Below are positions 25,012-35,890 of a stretch of 64,000 nt of DNA, piece by piece. Origin of the DNA: Dudresnaya verticillata (taxonomy: Eukaryota); contig OZ374562.1 of the NCBI GenBank assembly GCA_977862235.1, forward strand, positions 372,001 through 436,000. The letters run 5' to 3'. The translations under genes were made by a program, and so were the position numbers. The stretch's first letter is position 1, and every line of letters begins with the position of its first letter. The notes under the pieces were generated by a model that made no database searches, was not told where the DNA came from, and saw only the letters and a list, made by a program, of their open reading frames with translations.

Positions 25012-26643
25012 ATGTCCGTCCTCCCCTCCTTCAAGTCGGCCTTCTCCTCGCTCGCCGAGGCAGAGTCGTCCCCTTCCCGCTCGCCAAAGTCCTCCACCCA
25101 TTCTCCCCCGTCCACAACCCCCGCTGCGTCGACGCACCACCCGCCCGCCGCCGACAACTTCCCCCCCGCCCCGGCCCTGCTAACCCCGCTAACCTCCGCC
25201 CTGCCGCACCCGCCGCAGCCCCCACCCCCTCCGCCCCCACCCCGCCCATGCATGACCCCACTCCCGCTGGACCTGCTGCAAGGCGCCGACTTTCCGGCCT
25301 TCGGCTTCGCCACGCGCATGCTGTCCGCAACACACCGCCCACCGCCCGTCGCCCCGCTCCCTCTGGACGCCCTTTGCGCCCCATCGTCGTCGGCCCTGCC
25401 GCCGCCGCGCAAGCGCCCCGTCTCGGCGTCCGCCCCTGTCCCGCCTCCAAGCTCGGCGTCCGCCCCGCCTGCCACCGTCGCCGCAACTACCTCCACCCCC
25501 GCCGTGCACGCCGGCGCGTACAAGCGCCCGCGACCCACTTCAGTCTCGGGCGGCAGCTACGTGCGCGCAGGCCCGGCCTCTTCCGACCCGCGCCTGCCGC
25601 CGCCGTCTGCCACGCAACGCGGCGCGCCCGCTCGCTCGGTTGGCTCGGCGCGCGGCGCTGGCCGCGCCTCGTTTGGCGCGGGCGCCAGCGTGCTCACTGC
25701 GCGCGACGCCATTCTGGAGGACTCGTCGTGTCGCGCTGCGCGCGACGTTCTCAGCAGCCCGCTGCAGCGCAGCGTGGCCTCTGGTGCTACTGCGCGCACG
25801 GGCGGCGCCGCGGCGCGCGTGGGGTTTTCAGCCATGCGCGGACCGACGGCCTCGGACCTGAGCGTTTTGCTCGGGAAACGAAAATCGCGTGGCGCTGCCA
25901 AGGGCGAGGACGACCTCGTGGACGGCACTGAGCGCGGGGAGGAGGACGAGCAGGTTGTGGCTGCGGCGGACCTCGAGGATGGTCGCAGTGGAAGTGGCAG
26001 TGGCAGTCGTTGCGGCAGTCGCAGCGGCGGAGGCAGTGGTGTTGGCAGCGGCGGTGTGGTTGGTGGAGGCGGCGGCAGCGGCGGCACTGGCGGTGGCGCG
26101 AGTGATGGAAGTGGTGGTCGCAGTGGGAGGAGCGGAGAAGGGGGTGGGACAAGCAGTGTGGCTGATGCGGGTGTGGGCGAGAAGAGGGAGGGGTTTGCGG
26201 TGGGAACGACAAGTGGTGGCGGGGCTGGAGGGGCGACGGGGGCGGGCGGGGAGGAGAGCGTGCAGTGCCGGCACTGCGGGCGGCGGCTGCGCAACGCGGT
26301 GACGCTGCAAAACCACGTGCGGGTTGTGCACCAACACTGCGGGAGCTTCCGGTGCGGGCAGTGCGGGCTGACGTTCATGTGGCGGTCGACGCTCGGCAAC
26401 CACGTGCGGCTGGTGCACGAGAAGCAGCGGCCGTACGCGTGCGACGAGTGCGGAAAGGGGTTCCGGTGGAAGAGCCACCTCAACGAGCACTTCTGGGTCG
26501 TGCACAAGGGCGAGAAGCCGTTCAAGTGCGAGACGTGCGGAAAGGCCTTTGGGCGCAAGAACAACATGCAGAAGCACGTGCGAAAGCACACCGACGCGGC
26601 TGCGGCCGCGGCCGCGGCCGGCGCGACGCAGGGGCGCGCGTGA
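25012..26643 (+). CDS. C2H2 zinc-finger transcription factor (4 fingers)
   Basis: Four tandem fingers CRHC..HVRVVH, CGQC..HVRLVH, CDEC..HFWVVH, CETC..HVRKH, with EKQRPY/KGEKPF linkers. First ATG (MSVLPSF) at 25012. Confidence 0.92.
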   Translation: MSVLPSFKSAFSSLAEAESSPSRSPKSSTHSPPSTTPAASTHHPPAADNFPPAPALLTPLTSALPHPPQPPPPPPPPRPCMTPLPLDLLQGADFPAFGFATRMLSATHRPPPVAPLPLDALCAPSSSALPPPRKRPVSASAPVPPPSSASAPPATVAATTSTPAVHAGAYKRPRPTSVSGGSYVRAGPASSDPRLPPPSATQRGAPARSVGSARGAGRASFGAGASVLTARDAILEDSSCRAARDVLSSPLQRSVASGATARTGGAAARVGFSAMRGPTASDLSVLLGKRKSRGAAKGEDDLVDGTERGEEDEQVVAAADLEDGRSGSGSGSRCGSRSGGGSGVGSGGVVGGGGGSGGTGGGASDGSGGRSGRSGEGGGTSSVADAGVGEKREGFAVGTTSGGGAGGATGAGGEESVQCRHCGRRLRNAVTLQNHVRVVHQHCGSFRCGQCGLTFMWRSTLGNHVRLVHEKQRPYACDECGKGFRWKSHLNEHFWVVHKGEKPFKCETCGKAFGRKNNMQKHVRKHTDAAAAAAAAGATQGRA

Positions 26644-27065
26644 CGGCGACGGGGCGCGCGGGACGGGGCGCGCGGGACGGGGCGCGCGGGGCGCGGGGCG
26701 GGCGCGCGGGACGCGCACGCGGCGCTCGGCGCTTGCGGGCGCGCTTGTTTTTTTTTTTTTGTTTGCTTGAGACTCGGTAGGGACCGTCGTTATAAACGCA
26801 CAGCGCTTTACACCACGCATGTCGGTGCGCGCGCGATGACGCAACGCGCCAAACGCCGCCGCGCAATTGGCCGCGCCACCCCACCTCCCACCGCGTCCGG
26901 CGCGCGGTTCGGTAGCGCCGCAACGCCACCACGCAACGCAGCGCAACGCAACGCGACGCAACGCAGCGCGCCGCGCCCTGCCGCCCTCCCTCCCCCCCCC
27001 CGCCCCCGCCCCATGCCGCGCGCCCGGCCCCGCCCGCCCTAGCCCGACCCCCCCGCGCCGCCGCC

Positions 27066-27085
27066 ATGCCCCCGCCCGCGCCGCC

Positions 27086-27116
<31 letters not shown>

Positions 27117-27203
27117 CCCGCGCCCCCCCCGCCGCCGCAGCCCGCCGCGCCGCCCTCGCGCTCGCTCCCGCGCTTCATACGCTCGCGCCGCACCACCACC
27201 GCG

Positions 27204-27234
<31 letters not shown>

Positions 27235-27902
27235 AACCGCCGCCCAACCAGCAGCCCCACCCGCACCACCCCCCGCCAGCGTCCGCCCCCGTCCCGGCCG
27301 AGCCCGCCTCGGCCCCGGTCCTGCGCCTCGCGCCCGCGCCGCCGTCCGCGCCGCCACTCGCAGTCCCGCCCGCGCCAACCGCCGCCGCCGCCGCCACCGC
27401 CGCCGCCACCGCCACCGCCACCGCCACCACCGCCTCCCCCGCCAAGAGGAGGCCGCGCGACTGGTCGGCCGCGCTGCGTCGCCGCCTCACCACGCTCGCT
27501 CCGACGCCTTCGTCCGCTCCGCCCGCCGCCGCCGCGCCCACCGCCAACTCGGCACGCGTCCGCATCCAGTCCCAGGCAGAGTACCGCCGCGCCTTCCTCA
27601 AGGTCCACCGCGACCGTCTGCTCCGCGATAACAAGGGAAACACCTTCCGACTGCTCCCCGTCGTCATGAACGGCGACTGCGGATTCGCCGCCATCGCAAA
27701 GGGCATCAACGTCGCCCGTGACCGTCTCCGGGCGCTCTCCCCGCCGCCAAGTCCGCGCGCGCGTGACGAGCACGACAAAAACGGCAAGCGCGACAGGCGC
27801 GACAGGCGCGACAAGCACGACAAGCGCGACAGGCATGACAAGCATGACAAGGGCGACAAGTCTCAGCAGCTCCAGAGCGCGTCGCGCCAGTCCCGCGACA
27901 GC

Positions 27903-27936
<34 letters not shown>

Positions 27937-28406
27937 TCAGCGGGAGGAAGCGACGCGCGTGGTGGCGCTGGCATATGTCACGCGCCGCAGTGCGCGTGCA
28001 GGAGAAGGGCGGAAAGAGCCTGCAGGCAAAGGACGTGCGAAAGGCGATGCTTGACGAGCTCAAGCGCGCGCGGAAGACCTACTTGGCAGACTGCAAGGAG
28101 CTGGCCGCGCTGTTCGCGAAAGAGGACTTTGACAAGTTGGAGCGCGAGGTCAGCCAGCCCGGCATTGCCGGCCACTGGCTCGGCACCGTGCTCGGTTTGT
28201 TGGAGCATGTTATCATCGCGCAGGCGCTCAACGTGAACATCTTTTTGTACCAGTTTGACCTGCAGCGCCAATGCATCCGCGAGTTTGAGAGCGCTACCGT
28301 TGAGAGGCCTGACTGCGAGGTGCACCTCTTCTTCACCGGACCCGCTTCGTGTGGGCATTTTGATACTATGGTTAAGACAACCGACACAAGGACGTTTGTG
28401 GCATGA
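27066..28406 (+). CDS. OTU-like cysteine protease (putative deubiquitinase) with Pro/Ala-rich N-terminus
   Basis: Cys loop VVMNGDCGFAAIA, then W-G..E helix (HWLGTVLGLLEHVIIAQALNVNIFLY) and His loop GHFDTM. TATAAAC upstream at 26791. Confidence 0.75.
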
Positions 28407-29212
28407 GAGCGTCCCGCCCGATGCTTCCGCTGGGACTTTGGTCTCGCCGCGCAAGACTAGCGTTGAGGAAACGATTTTATCCCGACAAGGTCATCAGCCC
28501 GCGTGCGATACGCGGCCAGAGGGAAGTGTGGATCGCAGTATTGCTCTTGGTGCGACGATGATGCGGGGGATTATTTTGCCCGAGCTCTATCAACGGCCGC
28601 GGACAGAGGAGCTCTCCTTAACAAGACGAGGGGCATAAATAGGGCGGAACGGGCGGTGGAAGTACGGCTTTCCGCCTCCTCCCGCCGGCGAGGACACACT
28701 GCCCCTTTGTTTGCCAATCCATGTTTTCGTTGGATACAAAGGTTGAATAAGTGTGTGAAACAACGCTCGCCCCTTCGTCAACTAACGCACTAGAGAGCGC
28801 GGCCCCCACTCGCGCGCGGGCAAAAAGCCAATGTGGCATTTTTCGTGTGCCATCGTTGCGCCGTCGCGCGCGCGAGTCACCCATGCTCGGTGCCGCCGGT
28901 CCGGAACCGCCTGAAAGTGCCAGCGCAGCGACAACGGGGCCGCCGGCGCCCCACGCCCCGCGCGGCCGTCCGTGCACCGCGCGAGCACCCGGCTCGCCCG
29001 CCGCGTCGCGGCGTGCCTACGCGGCTCACACGCTCACCGCCGCGCTCGCGGTCTGCGCGCGCGCATGCGCACCGCACTCGATCGTTTTTGCGGGCGCCGC
29101 GGCCAGGCGGTACCGTCTCGTCACTACTGCCGTCACTGCCGCCGCGGCCGTCGCCGCCGCTGCCGCCGCTGTAAATTATGTATGTAGTTATTGGAAAGGA
29201 AAGGCTCCGCAC

Positions 29213-29701
29213 ATGCCCCGCGTTGTAAAGCAGAGTGTGTGGAACCTCGACATTTCGTTACGAGCCGCCGCCGCGCCTCCCGTTCCGTTCGATGTGGTGC
29301 ATCCGCCCGTTCGCGACACGGTGACCGGCTCCACCTGTGCGCTGGGCACGCACCGGGCACGCCGCCGCGTTCGCAGAGGCTACAACTCTGCGCACTGTGA
29401 TGCGGTGCGCGCCGCGCTTCGACCAGTGGAGGGTATGGCGACACCACCAAGCCACGGCGGCGCTTGTCCATCAGTGTCGCGCGCGCCGCGTGCTCATCCC
29501 CGGTGCCACAACTGCGCCACCCGCACCCGCGCCCATTCCCGCGCTGTCTGCCATGCATGCGGCGAGGTGGATCGCATCCTCGTGTATGTATCCGCTGTGA
29601 GAGTCGTGTTGAAAAACGATCCACACCCAATGAGCCTCCTAGTGGCGAACCTCCGGTTCCGTGATGGAACGCGCCCTGCGATGGAACTGGTCCGTTGTTG
29701 A
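29213..29701 (+). CDS. Hypothetical protein with CxxC-x11-CxxC zinc ribbon
   Basis: ATG at 29213 (MPRVVKQSVWNLDISL) within a 316-codon open frame. It contains CHNC...CHAC followed by beta-strand-like RILVYVSAVRVVL. The start codon is uncertain. Confidence 0.5.
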   Translation: MPRVVKQSVWNLDISLRAAAAPPVPFDVVHPPVRDTVTGSTCALGTHRARRRVRRGYNSAHCDAVRAALRPVEGMATPPSHGGACPSVSRAPRAHPRCHNCATRTRAHSRAVCHACGEVDRILVYVSAVRVVLKNDPHPMSLLVANLRFRDGTRPAMELVRC

Positions 29702-31180
29702 AGCAGCGTCCATCTGTCCGTGCCACTCGGCGAATTGGCCGCGGCACTGGCACGGTGGGTGAATAGGAACACCGCGTGCTGCCGCTGCTGGAATGGCTTT
29801 TTCGACGCGTTGGCGCGGCGTGGCGACTAAGCGCGAAGATTGCCACTGTTGACTGCCACCATTGCGCATCCCCAACGCCTCTTGAGTCTCGCTGCTGTCA
29901 GAATTGCGGTGTGTCTTGAAGTGGCGTGGCGGGAACCGTCGGATTGGTTGTTGGTTTCTGTGGCAAAGTCGTTGTCTGGCAGCAAGACCGTTTTTTCCGA
30001 TGATATCGTCGTCCGTGTCAAACTGGATGTTCAGGTCCGCCCCAGTGGAGTCGTGTAGTTGTGGAACTTTTGAAAGCATTGCCTGCAATATGCAACGAAT
30101 GTAAAAGGATGGCCATCTTGTTGTCCTTTACACATCCGCTGCTATTAATCTGGTATGAACTGGCGTATACTCTGAATGATAGGAGCAAGGCCTTGTCGTA
30201 GTGGCGCCAACTTGGCAACAATCATTGAGACTTGAGCATGGATTGACCAGCTTCTAGCTTGCAGATGCTAAACCCCCAGATTTACACTCGCGGATCTTTG
30301 TCAGAACTGTGCCAGAGGCAGGCACGTAGTGACAGAGATGCCTTGCACTTTCAACACCATTTTGTAGAATAACGTTAGAATAACTCTTGATCTCAGTTGA
30401 AGACTTGTATGTTAATGAATACACTTCCAAGGCACCATCTTTGGAAACGGAAACGCTTCAATTGATGTCGTGTTTCACTTAAAATTTTCGTTACACCTCG
30501 GAGATGCCTGTGCGGGGCAAAGCCAGCAACCGCTCTGGTACGGTCTTCGCATACGCGCAGTGGGATGAACCAAGCCCAGACCATCGCACAAGGGGAAGAT
30601 ACCTGTATAGGTACTGAAACCGAAACCGCTCTCAAGAACACCTTTTGACAAGCCCTGATTAATACTGTGCGCTCTACTTGTTTCTCCTTAGAGAAAGACC
30701 AAGGGGAACAGCCCACTGACCCGTTCTGAACGCGGTCCGAGCGTACTCGAAGCAGCTTATCTGGGCTTAGACTATCGCACACCGGGGACGCCTTCATACG
30801 TATCGACAAAAAAACAGCGCGTCATGTGGTTTATTGGAGCGCGTTAAGGCTGTCAGAGAGTCTAGTTTCACGTTTCAGGAGGTCAGAGCCACAGACTCTC
30901 GCCGAGTTCAAAATACAGAGTAAGCGAGAGAAGAGCACAACTGGTAGGCATTACGGGCACGCTTCACAACGGCGCGTTAGAATAGACACGATTGCTCTCA
31001 TCGAACACCTGGAGGGCAGGAGTGGTGCAAGTGAGGAGACGACGAAGAAACAAAAGACGGTGGGCATGGCACTAGCGGGGCAGGACGGGAAATCTGCGTG
31101 TACAGTATGTACGGATGCGCATGCGGGTATACAGAGCTAGTATGGCAGACGGATTTACAGGCCAAAGCCGGTAGTTGTGC

Positions 31181-31720
31181 TCACCGACGGCGGGCGGACG
31201 GAAAGTAGGTGCCCTGCACATATCCCCCACGCACGGCCTGCGACACGTTGCGCTGGAACTCGTAACGGTCGCGCTTGAGCAGCTCGGCAGCGTCCTTGTT
31301 GAGCGGGTCGTCCGGGTTAGGCTCCAGGAAGAGCAACTGAAGACCGTACAGGACGGACGAGAGCGTGAGGACCGGCTTCCAGTCCTGGCGCAGGATGTTG
31401 AGGCAAACGTTTCCTTGCAGGTCGATGTTGGGGTGGTAGATGGGCGTGGTGCACTTGACCTTCGGCGGCTTGTGCGGGTAGTCCTCCGGGACGGTGATAG
31501 AGAAACTGAAGGTTCCGGCCGAGTAGAAGCCCTCCTCCGGGGATAGGGCGAGCGTGAAGTTCATGAGGTCGTCCGGATCCAGGAACGTGACGCTGATTGA
31601 CGGCGGAATATCCAGCTCGTTGACGTCCTTCTGCACGCGGAGCTGGCCGGCCTTGTGAGCAGAAACGCCTGTCTCGCGGCGGGCGCGCGAGTCCTTGACC
31701 TGCTGCTGGAGTCGGAACAT
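31181..31720 (-). CDS. UBC12: NEDD8/RUB1-conjugating enzyme E2 (Ubc12/RCE1/UBE2M)
   Basis: Ubc12-type N-terminal extension MFRLQQQ...[14 protein letters not shown]. Catalytic region [24 protein letters not shown], then [16 protein letters not shown]. Confidence 0.95.
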   Translation of the reverse strand: MFRLQQQVKDSRARRETGVSAHKAGQLRVQKDVNELDIPPSISVTFLDPDDLMNFTLALSPEEGFYSAGTFSFSITVPEDYPHKPPKVKCTTPIYHPNIDLQGNVCLNILRQDWKPVLTLSSVLYGLQLLFLEPNPDDPLNKDAAELLKRDRYEFQRNVSQAVRGGYVQGTYFPSARRR

Positions 31721-32852
31721 GGCGGCGGGTGGGGGAGTTTGACGCAAGGGGGGGCTGTACAGAGCGGGTGGTGGTTAGGCCGGGTGCGGCGTGGGCGGGG
31801 AAGCAGGGAGGGGAGAAGGAGCGGGGAGCGAGGCGCGGGGCGCGGGGCGGAGCGCGGAAGACGCGGCGCGGCGAGGCGAGCAGGCTGGTCGTCGGGCTGC
31901 TGCCTGCGTGTGCGGGCCGGGGCGGCGGAGGGAGGACTGAGGGTGGAGGGTGGAAGAACGTGAGGCGCTCGAGCAGGAAAGGTAAAACCGCTTTGGTTTT
32001 TGAAGGGATCGGGAATTGGAAAGTGCATAGAAAAAAAAAGGGGGCGGTAGCCGCAGGACTCTTCATGCGCTTGGATTGGCTGGAACAGCCAGAGCGGTGC
32101 GACTACGCTCCAAAAGCGGCAACTGCAGCCCAAGAGAGTGCTCGTTGAGATGCTCTTTGTCGCGCAATGCCGAAAACTATTATTTTATTTAAAAATAGGC
32201 AGATGGCACCCATCGATTGTAATGCGTTGCGCTCTGTAAGCAGCTGGGTCATCTGCTCGTGATGACTTCGGTGGCGAGCGAAAGACAGAAAGCAGACACC
32301 GACTACCTTTCGAAACCATCTCTCCTAAGAACCCAGAGCGTAGAGTGCGGGTCGCTGAGGAGAAAGGATAATAGTAAGGCAACGAGTGGCGTTGCTCTAC
32401 GGTCGCAGCAATGCTGACAATAAAAACCTTTTGATTCCAATTACAGTTCTGTTGCATTTCCAAGTTTCATTGCATCTGAGAAAAGAACTGAACCTCACAC
32501 TCACTACTTCGCTCGGCAAGCAATGCCGAAGCCCCATCTTCGAGTCTCTGCAATGCACTCGTCGCAAAGCATCCCCAGCAAGTGAGGCCTCAAGCGTTAC
32601 GCTGGTCTCGGCATGCCACCGCAGAAGCGTCGCAGAGCATCAATCAGTAAGTATGGCTAATGAGGAGTGTATCGCAACCGCATCTAAATATTTATTCATT
32701 CTGTAAAGCAGAACATGGCTTGCTCTTCTTCATCTTTTCGAACAACCTGCCGCAGAGCCGCAGGTGATATTCTTGATATCAGTCCTCCAAACATATCCTT
32801 ACCTTCGTTGCTCTCAGCATTTATCCCTGACAGCCCCGCAACCTGGAAGCAG

Positions 32853-34670
32853 CTAGCGAGAAACGACAAGCAGTGCATCATAATGTACCCCGTCAGAGTA
32901 CAGAACCCGCAGAGGCTCTCCACGATACTGCTTTCCATAGACTTGTATTTGTCGATAGCTCCCATTTTTCATAATATACACCGCGATAGGCACGTGTAGC
33001 AACTTTGCAAGCATCAGCAGCTCCGGTTCACCGCCATAAGTCCGTGGGTGCGACATCTTCCTCGTGTACTGCGCAAAGTCCCCTTCAATCACGAAAAACC
33101 GCGCCAAAAGTTCGCGATATCGAATCAGCTCCGCCACGGTCCGCTCTCGCAGGACATCAGCGTCCTCGCGCTCCGTACGCTCACCGGGGATCGCATTTCC
33201 TCGCGCTACAGCTCGTCCTCTGACCAGTGACCGGAACAAGCACCGCCCATCCCCGCGAACGTTGGACCGTTGAAGCAAAATTCCCGCGTCGGATATCGAG
33301 TCCACTCGCTCATGCCTGGTATGGTACAGTGTCGATGCAAACGAAGCGTTCTTGGAAACAACCAGATTTGGTTGCTCGAGGTCCTTAGATGCCCCAGGAG
33401 ACCTACTAGGTGGTTTCCCGATTGTCCCTGAAGCCCTTGACGAGCGAGAAGTGCTGGTTGTTCTGCCACCAACTTCTTCTCTTGTACTCCCAACTCGGCC
33501 ATTGCTCCCGTGTTCGGTCATGCTCAACCCGTTCTGATGGTCATCTCGCTGTCCCATTGCGCTTTCCGCCATATCGCGTAGCGTTCTGGTCCGTGAGATG
33601 ACCATCAGCATCGGGCCTTCGTCTCCTGACTCGCTGCTCCCCGCATCGCGGCGGTCTTCTAGTTCTGAATCCAGGGCGTAACGTGATGACAGTTCGGCCT
33701 GAACGCCCTGTGGTGCGGGACTATTTCGAGAATAGCCATTTGTATCTGTATATCCATTCATACCTGCAAGCGATCTACCTCTTCTACTGGGATTCCCAGG
33801 ATGTTGCGACAAATTTGTCTCGTAAGAGTTGTGCCTCGCACTGCGAGCTTTTCTGTCTTGTAGAACGGCCTCATAGTTGTCGAATGATTGCGGAGAGCTC
33901 CCATTACGATACATGTAATCATCGTTGATTTGAGAGGAGAAGGCATGTCGTTCCAACTGACGGCCGTCTGGTGGAGGAGGGACCGCCATCCGTCTAGGTT
34001 GTTGATGCACTGCAGCTCCCTGCGCTATCTTCCTCAACGCCACGTCCGCTTCGTCAAGCCGACAACGTGTTGCTGGGCTCATCACCGGCACCCAGGCGTC
34101 ACGATACAACTCGAGCTCCATCAAGGCCGCATCTACATCCGCATATATGTTGAGCATGGACGAAGGGCTGCGCACGCTCGCATAGCGCGACGCGATGTCG
34201 GCAGCAAGGGTCTCGAAACGGCCAACTTCTGCAGCAACTTCTGCGTCGGACTGAGCTAGTCGCTCATCAGTCATGTGCATAACCTCTAGGACATCTTCTA
34301 TTCCAGCGTCCGATTGGGCGCCAAGCGCGGCGAAGTAGCTCTCCAACGCGACCTGTAAGGAAGATCTCAACTTGCGGATTTCCAGCGTCGGTGCGTATTC
34401 ATCAGGTCGCTCGTCAAACGCTTGCCAGTGTCTGGCAAGCCGCGTAGAGATGTTCGTCAATCGCTTACGGTACGACCCGATGACGAGACGCTCTTGAGCT
34501 TGCTGCTGCGTCAACAGCGATGAGGACGGGGAAGCCGGAGGGGCCTCAGCGGGGACGGCGTGGCTGATGCGGCTGCTCCTCGAGCGGCGAGAGCGAGTGG
34601 AGGACGAGTCGCGAGGGGGCGTACCCGGGGTCGCGGCCCAGACGCGGCGCAGTGCGTTGCCCAAGCCCAT
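32853..34670 (-). CDS. OTU-domain deubiquitinase (resembles plant OTU3/OTU4-type domain), possible N-myristoylation
   Basis: C-terminal VRGDGRCLFRSL...YGGEPELLML...GVHYDAL. The first in-frame ATG is at 34670 (MGLGNA); the ORF-track start at 34805 is TTG. Confidence 0.9.
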   Translation of the reverse strand: MGLGNALRRVWAATPGTPPRDSSSTRSRRSRSSRISHAVPAEAPPASPSSSLLTQQQAQERLVIGSYRKRLTNISTRLARHWQAFDERPDEYAPTLEIRKLRSSLQVALESYFAALGAQSDAGIEDVLEVMHMTDERLAQSDAEVAAEVGRFETLAADIASRYASVRSPSSMLNIYADVDAALMELELYRDAWVPVMSPATRCRLDEADVALRKIAQGAAVHQQPRRMAVPPPPDGRQLERHAFSSQINDDYMYRNGSSPQSFDNYEAVLQDRKARSARHNSYETNLSQHPGNPSRRGRSLAGMNGYTDTNGYSRNSPAPQGVQAELSSRYALDSELEDRRDAGSSESGDEGPMLMVISRTRTLRDMAESAMGQRDDHQNGLSMTEHGSNGRVGSTREEVGGRTTSTSRSSRASGTIGKPPSRSPGASKDLEQPNLVVSKNASFASTLYHTRHERVDSISDAGILLQRSNVRGDGRCLFRSLVRGRAVARGNAIPGERTEREDADVLRERTVAELIRYRELLARFFVIEGDFAQYTRKMSHPRTYGGEPELLMLAKLLHVPIAVYIMKNGSYRQIQVYGKQYRGEPLRVLYSDGVHYDALLVVSR

Positions 34671-35089
34671 TCCAGCGGCGGCGCGGGCATGTGCGCGGCG
34701 CCGCTGCCGCGGTGGGAGGGCCGGTGATGAGCTAGTGTTGTGTCGAGGAGGAGCGAGTGAGGCGTTGCTGGCAGGGCAGGATCCCACGTCATCACGCGAT
34801 GCCAAAAGCGGGGTGGTCTATGCGTTTTATGGCGCACTGGTTGTGCAGGCCACGACACTCTTTGATGGTCTACCCCGTTTTGGCAATTATCCGCATTTCC
34901 GCGAACGATTTTTGCTGGGCCGTCCAACTTTCAACAATGCGCGTGCCATGTGGGCGTCCTTCCTCAACAGATAGTGGCCTTGTTCGCTGAACAGACTTTC
35001 ACTTCCCTTTCTGCCATCAGTTTGGTCCCGCCCCGGCAGAGGAAAGATCGAACTCTGAGCCCAAAGAGCCCAGTGCCCAGAGTATCAAG

Positions 35090-35442
35090 ATGAGATCGCG
35101 GAGATTCATGAGTAGCGTGAGTTGTAACTGAAACCCCAACGCTTTGAGTCGAGAGTGATCATTTCCAGTAGACGCCAAGTGTTGGGCAGCCTTCGTACCT
35201 TCTTTGGAAAATGATGCTTCGATCTCATTGTTGTTGACTGCTAACGTTTCTTTGAACTGAATGTGGAGGATTCCATCTTCCTTTCCAAGTAGATTACAGC
35301 ATGGGTTGCGTCGGGTGGGCTGTTTTACGCGTTCATTTACAAGCCCGAGGAAGAAAAGAAGAAGAACAGAAGGGAATCAGCCGTGATCGTACTGGACAAG
35401 AAACCCAGCGTCGGAAAATACAGGCAGTCAGGCGATCGGTAA
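35090..35442 (+). CDS. Spliced 58-aa single-pass membrane microprotein (exons 35090-35116, 35293-35442)
   Basis: GTGAGT donor at 35117, TGCTAAC branch point at 35239-35245, pyrimidine tract, and TAG acceptor ending at 35292. The phase-0 join gives MRSRRFMSSITAWVASGGLFYAFIYKPEEEKKKNRRESAVIVLDKKPSVGKYRQSGDR. Confidence 0.72.
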
Positions 35443-35890
35443 CAAAAATCGGGTAGACCGAAACGTACGCTTGCGAACCTTTGCCCACTTTGGGAAAGAT
35501 AAGAACAAAAGGGTTTCCTCAACCTCGCGAAAGCGAGCCTTTTCAAACTCAGATATCCAGCCTACGCCTCTGCAACGCACCGGCGTCAACCGAGCAGAGC
35601 CCCATGGAAGCTGTATGAGCCTCGTAGAGATGGGATATGTGGCATGGCATGGTTGATACGCCAGAGTTGTCATAGTCAGGCTGCTACGCGTCATGGAGCT
35701 GCCAGTTGCGGTCTTTTGTAATCTCTGGCCATGTATGGTAAACGCGGCCTTCGCAGGAACGAAAAACACCGCCTCGGTCTACGGGAGCCCCTTGCATGAA
35801 GCGACATAGTGCAAGGCCCTCCCCGAAAGCAACGTTGGCAAACACGGTTTTTATTGACACGTAGGGCACGTTTGTACAAGATGTACAGGA

